Assembly: GCF_009914755.1 (NCBI RefSeq) | Contig: NC_060934.1 | DNA: 64,000 bases | Source of the DNA: the human T2T-CHM13v2.0 reference genome, Homo sapiens | Reading direction: 5' to 3' (one strand) | Part shown: positions 15,282 to 31,404 of the stretch, piece after piece | Numbering within the stretch: position 1 is the stretch's first letter | Layout: every line of letters begins with the position of its first letter | The notes under the pieces: generated by a model | What the model was told of the DNA's origin: nothing | The model's input: the letters and a program-made list of their open reading frames with translations, nothing else | Databases searched by the model: none | Program-made: the position numbers and the translations under genes

Positions 15282-15504
15282 TACATTACATATATATATA
15301 TATGTTATAAAGACCAGCAAGATTTCAGACACAAGCAGTGAAGTCTGGACTTACAGATGTGTTGACTCTGGTTACTGTACATGTCTTGTCATCCCTTTGG
15401 CATTCAATCGTGTCACTTTACATTATCAGCTTGTATTTTAACATCTTCTTTTTTTCAACAAATATGCAGAATAGATTTTCTAAAAGTTCAGACATGGTAC
15501 AAGA

Positions 15505-15725
15505 CAAGCTTGTCCAACCCATGTCCCACAGGCCACATGTGGCCCAGGACAGCTTTGAATGCAGCCCAACACAAATTCATAAACTTTCTTAAAACATCAT
15601 GAGTCTTTTTGTGATTTTTTTTAGCTCAACAGCTATTGTTAGTTTTAGTGTATTTTATGTGTATTGCAAGACAACTCTTTTTCTTCAAATGTGGCCCAGG
15701 GAAGCCAAAAGACTGGACACCCCTG
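15505..15725. mobile_element. MER30 (hAT-Charlie)
   Basis: caagcttgtccaacc...gtggcccagggaagccaaaagactggacacccctg; imperfect 8-bp TSD gtacaaga / gtgtaaga. Confidence 0.88.
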
Positions 15726-18700
15726 GTGTAAGAGATGGTGGCATGGTAATCACAGTGCCTCTTTAATGTGTCATGGATACTCATTAATCATTCAACAACA
15801 GAAAATGGTTGGTCTCCTTTGCCCTCCTTAAAATGAGACATGGAGGATGAGCAGCATTTAAACCGGAAGAAAGGGAGCTTGGTGGGGAAGATATTTCAAG
15901 CAAAATGCATCAAAGTGAAGTTCTAGAGGTAGCTAAGTATGGTTTATGCACATCTTTGTTGAAACAGTATTCCTCAATGTTTTTTATATCATGGGAAACA
16001 GAAACTATGGTTTGTGAGATTTGAAGGAATACATAGAAGCATATCTTAGGCATATGAATGGGATATGCCTATATCAAAGAACAGTAATGTTCTTTGCTAG
16101 ACCTCTGTGTTAGAGAATCATATACATGAACAAAAATATTAGGAAATCAAAAAAAGTAGATGGGGAAATGATTTCAGAGGGTTTCAATGGTGATAATGAT
16201 GTCAACAAAAATAGCATCGACTATTTTTCCCTGAGGAGCCCAAAGTATTTCTGATACATACTTCCAGTCATAGATGGAACTGATTGAGCACAAGCTTAAT
16301 TCTAACAGAAACAAAATGTGAGAACTTGAACTTTAAAAGAACATTTTCTATCCTGTAGAAAGCATGATCTAAATTTATAGTATGCCTGACAAGTGTGGAT
16401 TTTTCACAATTCCCTGAAATACAGAAAATGAATTTAATTAATTGTGCTCCAAGGCTGAGTTCATACTTTGGCTTGAATTCATTAGCAAGTAGCATTTTAA
16501 AAAGGAAGTTTGGTTGTGGGTGTCTGTCCAATTTGGAAATATTTACCCATGGTCTTTATATTTAAAATGTGTTTTTGATTTTCAAATTCTGCAGATTATT
16601 TATATCCATATGCCTGTTCAGTTTGGTGTATTCATAACATGGTTCACACTGGCCTTGTATTTTCTCAGTTCACTGTATTTATCAGTTTCTCTCCGATTGT
16701 CTTAATCCATCCAGTCCTCCATTCCATTTCCTAGGCATTTTCTCCAAAGCCTTAATTTCTTTGTCTTCTTCTTCTGTGTTGACAGTGATTATTGAAAGCT
16801 TTTTCTTCATTCCACCAGGTTACCTGTTCAGAAATTGGGCTTCTAAAATAAGGCATTTAGCACCAAAATCTCTATTATTTGAATGGTTATTCCATGTTTT
16901 CACTGTTTTGTTGTTTCATTGTTTTTTGTTTATTTTGTTACATGTTTTTACTGAATTATTATTTTTATGAAGTTCTTCGATAGTGCAAAAATCTTGGGGA
17001 AAGTGTGCTTCCTTTTCTTTAAATACACTGTCTTTCAGAATTGGCTTTTACTTTCCTTGCTTTCTGAACCTTTATTTTCCTTCATTCCTGCTAACCCCCG
17101 ACCTCCCATTTCTTTCTTCCTTTCTCTCTAGAATTTAAATAGTTATCAAGTTGCTTCTTTTCATTTGCTCATATTTATTTAAAGGGCAGCTTTGTCTGAA
17201 ACTTCTACTCATCTGGATGCACTGAGGGATTGCTCTCTTTGACCCTATCCAAGATATTAACAATGTTTCTGTCTTTTCCCTGGGCTTCATGTGGATGCTA
17301 ATTTTGCTTCTAACCACATTCCTGTATCCTGAGGGCAATGGGATAGGTTAGAGGCTAGCTTAGCTGTGGCCATGTCATATGTCAATCTAGCAAGACTAGA
17401 TTATCTTTACCAAAATCTTATCAAAAATATCAAACATGGCCTTCTGCACCCAGCTACGTGCTATCCTGCTCATACAGCTTCACCCAATTTCTAAAACTCA
17501 GCATACTGCTCTAGAACTTTCTGACTCCACTGAGCTCCCATAGCAGTATGTTGGGGCTTCTCTTCTTAAAACTATTCCCTCAAGTAGTCTCCTCAGCTCT
17601 AAAAATTGAGTGGGAAAACCAGCAAGAATCTTCAGGGCTTTATTCCCTTCTGCTCCTCAATATTAACCCTGTGGAGAAGACATGGGGTTTGAGGCTTCAC
17701 ACGTCGTATCATAATTTATACTACTTTTCATGACAGCAATGTTAAAATACCTTGTGGCATAAGATCACACTCTAGTCCTTTTTTAGTTGCTGCTGTTGAA
17801 CTTTGGGCTTTTATTAAAACATTAATTTCTATAGGTGTTGGGGAATAAGATTTGTAACCTGGCTTTACTTAATCATCTTTATCCAAAAAATATTTTAAAA
17901 CAGCAACAGTTTGACATAAATGTAGCCTCAGAATTTTCAATATTAGAAGAATAAATAAGTTATAAATTTTGCCTATTTCTATATTGCCAGATAGAATTTT
18001 AAGACCACAAGACATCATGAAATTTAAATTAAAACATGTCCAGTAGGAAAAAAGGTTTTGTCACTTAGGTAACATGACTAACATCCTAATATGCTTTCTC
18101 GCATTTTTTTAACATAAGGCAATCCATTGAGCAAATCACACCAACATTTTTTTTTCATCATTCTTAAATGTCTCTCTTCTAGAAAGGGTGAAGCATATAA
18201 AATCACCTTGTTATTAAAGGAGTTAAGAAAGAAGTCTGCAGAAATCAGTTTGGAGGAATATTGAATCTAGTGTTTTGTTTTTTCATAGAAACTTTAGAAG
18301 GCATGATGGTGATTATACACATAAGGAAATAAAGAATGGCTGTATTAGGTCTTAATTAGTGATTATAACAGTGGCAAAATAACAGAAGTTGAATGGGTCC
18401 TTACATCTCACTTCAGAGAAAAGTGTAAACTGCAGTCAATACAAACTGATTTGGGTTAGCAGTCCTATTATTCTCAGTTGCCCAGAGAATGAAGAAAATG
18501 TTCTTTATCCCATCGCTAAGAGCAGCTACAGTGAGGCATCCTCTCTTGGGGCGCTGTCTACCCTTCATGCCTCTAGAGATTCTTGGACTCTTTGCTGTCT
18601 TCACTGAGTTTTAGTTCACTGGGGGATAAATTCTTATAATTTCTTTCCAGGTTTAAAATAATACCTGCCTATATTTATTTGACATTATACAGAAAAATTT

Positions 18701-20244
18701 TGGAAGATCTTCTTATGTAAAATTTATATTCTGTGGAGTTGAAGCTATATTATGATTTTATAATTTTCTGGAATATATCATTTTACCCCACTTTTAACAG
18801 TTTGCGAATCATGGATTCTATTGTAGTCTCCTCCTTTCTCAAGTCAGTTCACATCTTGACAAATTTTTTATTAATCAGGATTATACAATGTTGATCCAGT
18901 CTGTCTGGAGGCTATTAAGAAGCATTAATGGAATAAAAGGGATATTAATTTATCATCAATTATTTAAATGGACTGTTTCTTAAACCAGTCTGTGTTTTAA
19001 TATAACTTGGGCCTATGGAACCTTCGTAGTTGCTATTAAATAAGAAATATATGTGATGTATGTTATACAACATATAAGGTATATATTATCTATACACTTT
19101 TCATTTATTTCAATACAGAAGGTTTTCCATTTAATTCCACAGGTATTTTTTAAGCACTAACTGTATGCATAGGTACTGTATATAAATACAATGTAAGTAG
19201 AAGCTGCAGCCCATGTTTTGAGGATGTGAAGTCTACATGTGTAGAGCAAATGTGTGAAAATTATGAAACCATTTAAATATATATTGATCAAAGCATGTAG
19301 GCAATGTTTTGCCTGTCTTGAAAGCTTAGAACCTTAGCCTGACTTATGAAACTTACTAGATATTTACCCGTGGGATAAACCATCATTCCTCCTTGAGCCT
19401 GATTAAGCTCTCTTTATGAAGACATTATGGATAAAGTGTCAAAATGGTGCCTGGTTTGGAGTAGCTTCTCAATAGCCATTACTTTTCTGCAAGCCTGATG
19501 AAGCATCTCACATCACAAGAGACTTTCAGATGTCTGTGTATTGTGGTGGAAAACCAACTCCCATTCCTTTGCAAGGCCAGAAGCAAAAGCTGCCATGAGG
19601 AGGTGGTCTTAACATGGCCTGGCACATGTAAGCTGTTAACTCACTAGGAAGGAACAAGTTTGCAACTGGTGCAGGAGAATGTCTCAGTGATGAGCAAGAC
19701 TTCTGCAGTGAGTCCACAAGTATGTCTTTATGCCTGGAATTCATTATCAAGGAATTCAGAAATGTTTTCTGAGAAGAAATCCACCTCGGTACCCTGCATA
19801 TTTCAGTACACCTTGACCTGAGCAGAAGATACACTGAGACCTGCCAAGTTCTGAGCATGAAAAGCTTTAATTCATTGTGTTAAATGGCAAAACCAAGCAA
19901 CTGGTGATTTATGGCTGCAAATTATCATGTTGTTCATTAGTGGTAATTACTACTCAACCCTGAAATAAAACGGCAATCAGTATGCTAAAATGAGAACACC
20001 CACGCTAACTCCTTGCTGTTCACCTGCAATCCTCTCTGTCTGTCTCACTTTCCAAGGGAAGAGAAAAAAGACTGAGGGAATCCAGGTGCATGTACTATGG
20101 ACAGAGATGAGCTTCTGGCCATACTAAACTGCTTCAGTGGCTCCTGTCAGGCAAAGGAGCTTAGCTCCATCCCTAGATGCTCTCTGTTCACAATGAGATA
20201 AGAGATTTGTGTTTGGACATACTCTGGGAATGCTCAGATTGCTT

Positions 20245-20394
20245 TCAGCGACTGGAGCTGTGGCAGTCAGGAGGGAGAGGAAGCCAATGGAGGTAGTGTA
20301 GTGAGTAGACACCACGCCCTCAGCGACTGGAGCTGTGGCAGTCAGGAGGGAGAGGCAGCCAATGGAGGTAGTGTGGTGAGTAGACACCACGCCC
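20245..20394. repeat. Tandem duplication, 2 x 75 bp, 73/75 identical
   Basis: tcagcgactggagctgtggcagtcagg...gacaccacgccc at 20245 and again at 20320. Confidence 0.97.
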
Positions 20395-20737
20395 CAGATG
20401 ACTGTAGCTCCCGTGGACCCCATTAGCACTGTCCTCCAGTAGTCTCTTCAGGCTATATGCCTGGCTGACCATCAGGAAACTGAGGCCATGCCTTGCGTAG
20501 AAAGACTTAATTTCACTTTTGAACAGATGGCCAGAAACCATGCAATTTCACCTGCTGTATCTGTTAATGTCACATTAAACAGCTATGAAGTAAAAACTCC
20601 CATGCAAACAGGTTTTCATTTTATTTCTGTCACAATTATTACCTCCTAGAGATGACCTTCAATGCAGAGAAATGGATTTTTGACTTTAACATAATGAATC
20701 TTATGAGCAGTTCACACAGGCATTCTGAAGAACAATA

Positions 20738-22360
20738 CAGGTTGAACATCCCTAATCTGAAAATTCAAACTCCAAAATGCTCCAAAATCTAAGATTCTTG
20801 ATCATTGACATGATGCTACAACTGGAAACTTTTACACCCGACCTCATGTGACAGGTTGCAGTCAAAACACAAGCACACCTCTCATAGTTTATTCAGTGAC
20901 CCCAAGGGGAAAAAAAAAGACCCTCCAAGTACCATTCACTTGTGATAGGTATTTTCTGTGCACACCTAGATACTCCCACACAAGTATGCCCACAATGGTA
21001 ATAAAATGACACATGTGCAGACCAGAAGCACCAGCAGTAGGTTCCTAATGATGTTCCACATGAGGCCAAGACCTACGTTCATTACTCACTGAAGTTTTTG
21101 GCTTATGCTATGCTCTGTGATATCAAGGATGTGATGATATTTGTTGAAAATGTCAAAAAAGCCTGTAGATACCTCTATGAGTAACAGTGATAAGAACAAG
21201 AAGAAGGATTTATGTTAATTTAGAACACAGAAAGTCAAGCTGTTGGAGAAACTGAACAGCAGTGTAAGTGTGAACCATCTTACAGAAGTGTATGATGGTA
21301 GAATGGCTACCATATATGACTTGAAGAAACAGAAGGATAAACTGTTGAAATTCTATGCTGAAAGTGATAAACAGAAGTTAATGAAAAATAGAAAAACACT
21401 CTAAAGCGAAAACTGAAGGTCTTGATTGCATATTGAAAGAGTGGATCCAGTAGTGTCATGGTAAACATATGACAATCATATTCTGGCCATGAAACAAGAA
21501 AATACCAATTACAATGAGCTGAAAAATTATAGAGAACTGTGAAGATTCAACACGCTGGCTGCAGAAAATTTTTAAAAGACAAATTTGTAAAGACTTGTGA
21601 TAAATCATCTGCTTATCATGAAGCAGAAGAGAAATTCATTGACAAGTTTGCCAATGTCATCACTGCTGAAAGTCTGACACCAGAATAAGTCTATAATGCT
21701 GATGTAACATAACGATTTTGGTGTTATTGCCCCAGAAAGAAACTGACTACAGCTAATGAACAGCTACTAGAGGAATTAAGAATGCCAAGGACAGAATAAC
21801 TGCACCAGGATGTGCTAATGCAGCAGGCACGCTTAAGTGTAAACTTGCTGTGTTAGGCATAAGCTTGAGTCCTCAATGTTTTCAAAAGGCTAAGTTCTTA
21901 CTTGTCTATTATTATGCTAGCAGGAAGGCATGAATCACCAGAGACATCTTCTCTATCTGGTTTTACAAACATTTGTACCAGTGGCTTATGCTCACTGCAA
22001 AGAAGCTGAACTGGATGAGGACTAGAAGATTTTTTTATTCCTTAACAACCGTTCTGTTCATCCTCCAGCTGAAATTCTAAAAAATAATGTTTATGTCATG
22101 TACTTTCCCCCAAATATGACTTCATTAATTTGGCCATGTGACCAGGGTATCCTTAGATCAATGATGAGTAAATATAAAAACACTTTATTGAGCAGAATGC
22201 TAACAGCAGTGAACAGTAGTCTGGGTATGGAAGGGTTTCAAAAGGAGTTTAGCATAAAGAATGCTGTATATGCTGTTGCCAACACTTGGAACATAGTAAC
22301 TGAAGACACAGTTGTGCGTGCATGGCACAACATCTGGCCTATGGCTATGTTCAGTGACTA
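20738..22360 (+). mobile_element. Tigger4 (Zombi) DNA transposon, 3'-truncated
   Basis: TA + left TIR caggttgaacatccctaatctgaaaat...aaatgctccaaaatct; pogo-family transposase remnants downstream; no right TIR seen. Confidence 0.85.
21150..22360 (+). pseudogene. Decayed pogo/Tigger (CENP-B/JRK-like) transposase
   Basis: Remnant catalytic motifs YNAD(V)T, L(N)N.S.HP and FPPNMTSLIWPCDQG (ORF 22098..22391); many stops and frameshifts. Confidence 0.85.
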
Positions 22361-22639
22361 TGTTTCAACCCTTCTTGCACAGATGGACTGACTTTAAAAT
22401 ATTGATTAATGGCAGCAGAATTAAATCCCTTTACAAAAATCATTGTCATTCTTTAAATAGGGTAGAGGGTTTACCTTCTGAATTTTCCATTTAGCATGGG
22501 TCAGAGGTAAATATATATGTATGCACGATCTTTGCAGTGAGAGAAATCAAAGAATATTAAGATCTCTTTATGCCTGCTAATTTTGAGTTGTGAATTTTTG
22601 AGTACGTCTAAAGAATGGGATATGGTTAAGTGGTTTATA

Positions 22640-26770
<4,131 letters not shown>

Positions 26771-27573
26771 GACCTGTTTTTGATAATCACATATGACTTT
26801 GTAGAAATCAGGAACAAGCTCTTTGACAATAATTAAGGAAATGTCAGTCAGATAATTTCATATTTGAAATACAGTAAATTTTTTAAAAACAAAATGTGTA
26901 TCTTTTTAAAATAAACAATATTCCTGGCACACAGTGATGCTATATTTGCATATTCCCTTAAGAATTTAAATATTGTGTAATTTTTCTATTTGCTGTGGCA
27001 ATAATACAATTGAGTGAATTCTTTTGCACTTCAAAGTAAAAAAAAAATTAGACACAAAATGTTCCTAGTGAGATTTTGGCTAATCTGATAGACCCATATG
27101 TAAATGTGCTGTACAAAAGTCTGAATATTTTAAAACTGTTAATGCATGAAGTCCATTTTAGGTTGGTTCCACAACCTAAATGATACTCACTAAACCTAAA
27201 AAATTCAGATGATAATTTTTATTATAAACATTGGGGAATATATACATGCATTTTCAGTTTCTCTCATATTTCAATTTCTGTGATCTTATAAATTCAACAA
27301 ACGTTTATTTTTCTGAAATAAAGACATTTATACTCAATAAAATACTGTAATATTACAGATCTCCTGAATAAGGCTCTTTCTAGTGCTAGATCTCAGTAGC
27401 CTTTTTTATTTGTTCAGAGAATGGAGGAAGGCAAAAAAATCCAAAAAATATATCATGTTCTATTTGTATAAGGCTTTACATTGGATAAAAGAACACTATT
27501 GATATCTGAATAGAACTGTTATGACTTATTTGTTGTTCTTGTCATTGTTTTACTTCTTTAAGGTTGGGGCAAT

Positions 27574-27868
27574 GCCTGAGCACACTGGTTTACACCTGTG
27601 ATTTCAGCACTTTGGGAGGCCAAGTTAGGAGGATTGCTTGAGCCCAGAAGTTCAAGACCAGCCTGGACAACACAGCAAGGCCCCATCTCTACAAAAATAA
27701 AATAAATTAGCTTGGCATGATGTCACATGCCTATGGTACCAGCTACTGAAAAGGCTGAGGTGGGAGTAATGCTTGAGCCTGGGAGGTCAAGGTTGTAGTG
27801 AGCCATACTTTCATTACTGTACTTCAGCCCGGGTGACAGAGCAAGACCTTGTCTCAAAAAGTAAAAAA
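27574..27868 (+). mobile_element. AluJ
   Basis: ggaggattgcttgagcccagaagttc; diverged dimer. Confidence 0.9.
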
Positions 27869-28034
27869 GGTGGGGGAACAAAAATAAAAATTTCTGTACA
27901 GCAATGTAGCAAAGTTCCAGTATACCTTATATAATGTTAGTCACCTTTGTGTGAGATTCTCCTCTATTCAGAGATGTGAGTAAATAGATGCATATTAAGT
28001 ACAATTGTACAGTATAAAGATCCCAGCAATTACA

Positions 28035-28320
28035 TTTTTTTTTTTTTTTGAGACAGAGCCTTGCTTGGTCGCTCAGGCTGGAGTGCAGTGGTGCAATCTC
28101 AGCTCCGCCTCCCAGGTTCAAGCGATTCTCCTGCTTCAGCCTCCCCAGTACCTAGGTCTATAGGCGCGTGCCACCACGCCCAGCTAATTTTTGTATTTTT
28201 AGTAGAGATGGAGTTTCACCATGTTGGCCAGGCTGGTCACAAACTCCTGACCTCAAGTGACCCACCTGCCTCAGCCTCCCAAAGTGCTGGGATTACAGGC
28301 GTAAGCCACTTCACCCAGCC
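28035..28320 (-). mobile_element. AluS
   Basis: Poly-T plus Alu body with ctcctgacctcaagtgacccacc. Confidence 0.92.
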
Positions 28321-29324
28321 AACATTTTAAAAAATGCCCTCTAAATCATAAAAATGTCCAACACTAATTTAAATTTTTCCCCTTGAATCAGTCAGAATTT
28401 CTCCTGTATAGGGATGCATTCTGACCGTAGCACACATTGGGAAAGTTTCCATTTCTACACAGTGGTGGTGCTTATACGCTCCTCAGGGAATGTAATCATA
28501 CTGCTGAATTAATTGAGCTTTAAAAGACTTTGTCAGTAAGGAATTTGATAAGGGGGAAGAAAATTAAACAGGGTCCTAATATTGGCCCACTGGAGGAGAA
28601 CTGAAATAATTACCGTGCAGTTTCCAATTCCATAATATCATGCCAGAGTGGCTGAACAAGCTCACAGAACTATCATTCCCTAGCTCAGGTTATGGTCTTA
28701 GTAAATCTCCTGAGTGTAACGTCTTGACCAAAACAGACACCAGTGGCTATGAAAAAGCCTTCACAATGAAGTCACAGGGATAAAATAAAAGCGACAGTCC
28801 AAGTTGAAATGCCACACAAGTCGGGCTTTCATTTAAGGACAATGCTTTCCTGCCCCTGTGCAGAGCCTGGTGTGCATTAGAGATGGATGGCTGATTTCCT
28901 AGTTAACCTGTAGCAGGTGGCACAACTGTATAACTGGGCCCTCTAGCCATAATCATTTTATTTTTCTGGTGCCTGTCCTTTCCCATTTCCCCATCCCTAA
29001 CTCCTCTGATAGTTCAGTAACTTCATCTTCCTTGTTGGTGCTTGGAGTCATGACTGGACCATATTTCTGGTGTATTTTATAGCATCTTGAATATCCTGGA
29101 ATAAAGTTTCTAAATAATGCTAATAATGAAGTCTCTTGCTGCCTAGAAGTCTTGGAGCTAGGAGCTTGGCTGCAAAACTCAAAGTAAAATTCAGAAAATG
29201 GTGTTGTCTTGGACTGAATTTAACAGAAACAATTCCTGCTTATGACTGTAGACTAGACTGTTAACTGGGCCTTGACATGGGATTGGCTTAGCCCCTTTAT
29301 ATTGGATTAAAATTGTATTTTTAT

Positions 29325-29353
29325 ATATACACACACCCCTGTGTGTATGTGGG

Positions 29354-29412
<59 letters not shown>

Positions 29413-29452
29413 CTCTCTATATATATACATACATATTCTTACATGTATGTAT
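29325..29452. repeat. Compound (CA)/(TG)/(TA) microsatellite
   Basis: (TG)n(TA)n run read directly. Confidence 0.9.
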
Positions 29453-29669
29453 ATTTTTTCCTGGGATTTGTCTTAAAACATTCTAGCAAAGCAAGAAACT
29501 GAAAGTTGACATTTTCCCCCTGAAATATGCTCTAATCACCAGTGACAGATTTAAAAATAAATGGCTGAGCTATTTAACTTGGCAAGATTACACACTCAAG
29601 AGCAGGTTTCATAAATATTTAACTTATCATTTCCATATTTTATACATGGCAAGCATTCACAGAGGCAGT

Positions 29670-29900
29670 GAGATCTGTGTGGAGAGAGAAAAGACTGCAT
29701 TCAGATAGCCCTGAGTTTGAATCCCCATTCAATACCATCCTCACTAGAAGACTGTCAGCAGGTATTTTCATCTTTCTCAGCCTTGTTTTCTGGTAAAATG
29801 GGCAACAAATTCACAAACCACAAGGTTATTTTGAAGGTTAAATAAAATATCAAACAAATACCATTGATGACAAGTACCTGACACATGAGAGTTGCTTGGG
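29670..29900 (+). mobile_element. MIR
   Basis: cctgagtttgaatcccc...ctcagccttgttttctggtaaaatggg. Confidence 0.6.
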
Positions 29901-30465
29901 AAAGTAAGTTATCTTCTCTTTTACCAATATTCAAGATACTGTGGAGTTGCTCGGCACTGGCAGTATGAGTACATTCTGCCAACTTACGTGGCAAGTTGAT
30001 TAATGGATATGACCATTATAACCTGGTCTTAGAGAGGGTTCAGCTAACCGTTAAAGATGCCCAGTTTCACTGTGCCTGAAGCCTCCCCTCCCACTTTCTT
30101 GGCCCTAAGGAAAAGTCCTGATATCCATCGGTTATTTATTTTCAACTCCTGGGATTCCTTTCCATGATTACAGTAGTTTGATCTCTCAATGTGACAAGAA
30201 AAGCTGAATTATTGAAGAAAAATCTCCCAGTCCTTCAAGTGTAATTTTTTTAGATTAAAAGGAGCAACCGCATTTAGAATGCTTATGCTAAAATGTATTC
30301 ATTGTTTAGTTGGAATTCAAATGAACTGGGTGTCCTGTAATTTGTCTAGTAATCCTACCTGTTCTAGGTTTCTGAAATCACTGCTTTAAGGCAGGCCCAA
30401 TGCCTTTAAACCAATCACTGGGCCCCAGTAAGCCTTTTATCTGGTAGGTAAGCTGAATAGGGGTG

Positions 30466-30467
<2 letters not shown>

Positions 30468-30509
<42 letters not shown>
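30468..30509. repeat. (GT)21 microsatellite
   Basis: Perfect dinucleotide run. Confidence 0.97.
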
Positions 30510-30510
<1 letters not shown>

Positions 30511-31404
30511 CCTATTACAAGTAATAAATGAAAAAGTCATCCCCATTTTCTCAAAGCAGCATCAACTTTAGAATGAGAAAGTTGCATAATTGAGATGAGA
30601 ACCTACCACTGTCTTTCTGACCTAGGTTATATACATTTAGCATTGTACATACGTGTGCACCCTTCTGCAGTATACATCTAGACTGGCAATTGACGGAGAT
30701 ATGCTCCAAGAGAGCAAAGCAGTTTCTCCTTAAGCCTACTTCTAGTCTGGCCTGCTAACTACCTATTAATGTTTTTCTGAAATTTAAAATTAAATGACAC
30801 TAGAGTGAAATAAGCAACCAGCGATTATAGGGAATAAAAGGTACTCTGAACACATGGGAGTGATGATAGAGTCTATGCATCCCAGGCACAACCACTGATC
30901 TTCCACTATGCATGAATAAACCTTTTAAGACTCTCAGCTACTTTAAAATATTTTGCCTTTCCCAACCTTAAAATATTTTTTCAGATGATCCCTAGGAAAA
31001 AACAGTGTCTGGAACCACAAGCCATTATGAAATCCTTATTAAGTACACATGTAGGAAAGGAAAGTCATCAATGCATTTCTTGGCTAACACAAATGTAGAT
31101 CAGAAAGACTTGGAGTAAAATCTCTGCAACTTTACACAAAGTGAAGAATACCATAATTTGTATCAATATCCATGCTATTCACGTGACTGCCCTTTCACCA
31201 CTTGAGAATCGTGTAAAAATTTGCTCAGCTGGAAAAGAACATGACTTCTGAAGAATTTTAGAGTTGACCAAATGAAAACAAAAATTTCTCAAATTACTGT
31301 CTTATGATAGTGAGAATGAAGAAAAAAAGCACAGATAGGAACTAGAGCCAAAGATGGATTAGAACAGAAAAATAAAAGATATTTGAAAATGAAAATAGAA
31401 AAAT

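Noticed and set aside
18631-18661. Acceptor-like ttctttccAG followed by an in-frame TAA
   Set aside because: No clear branch point or downstream donor; such sites are common by chance
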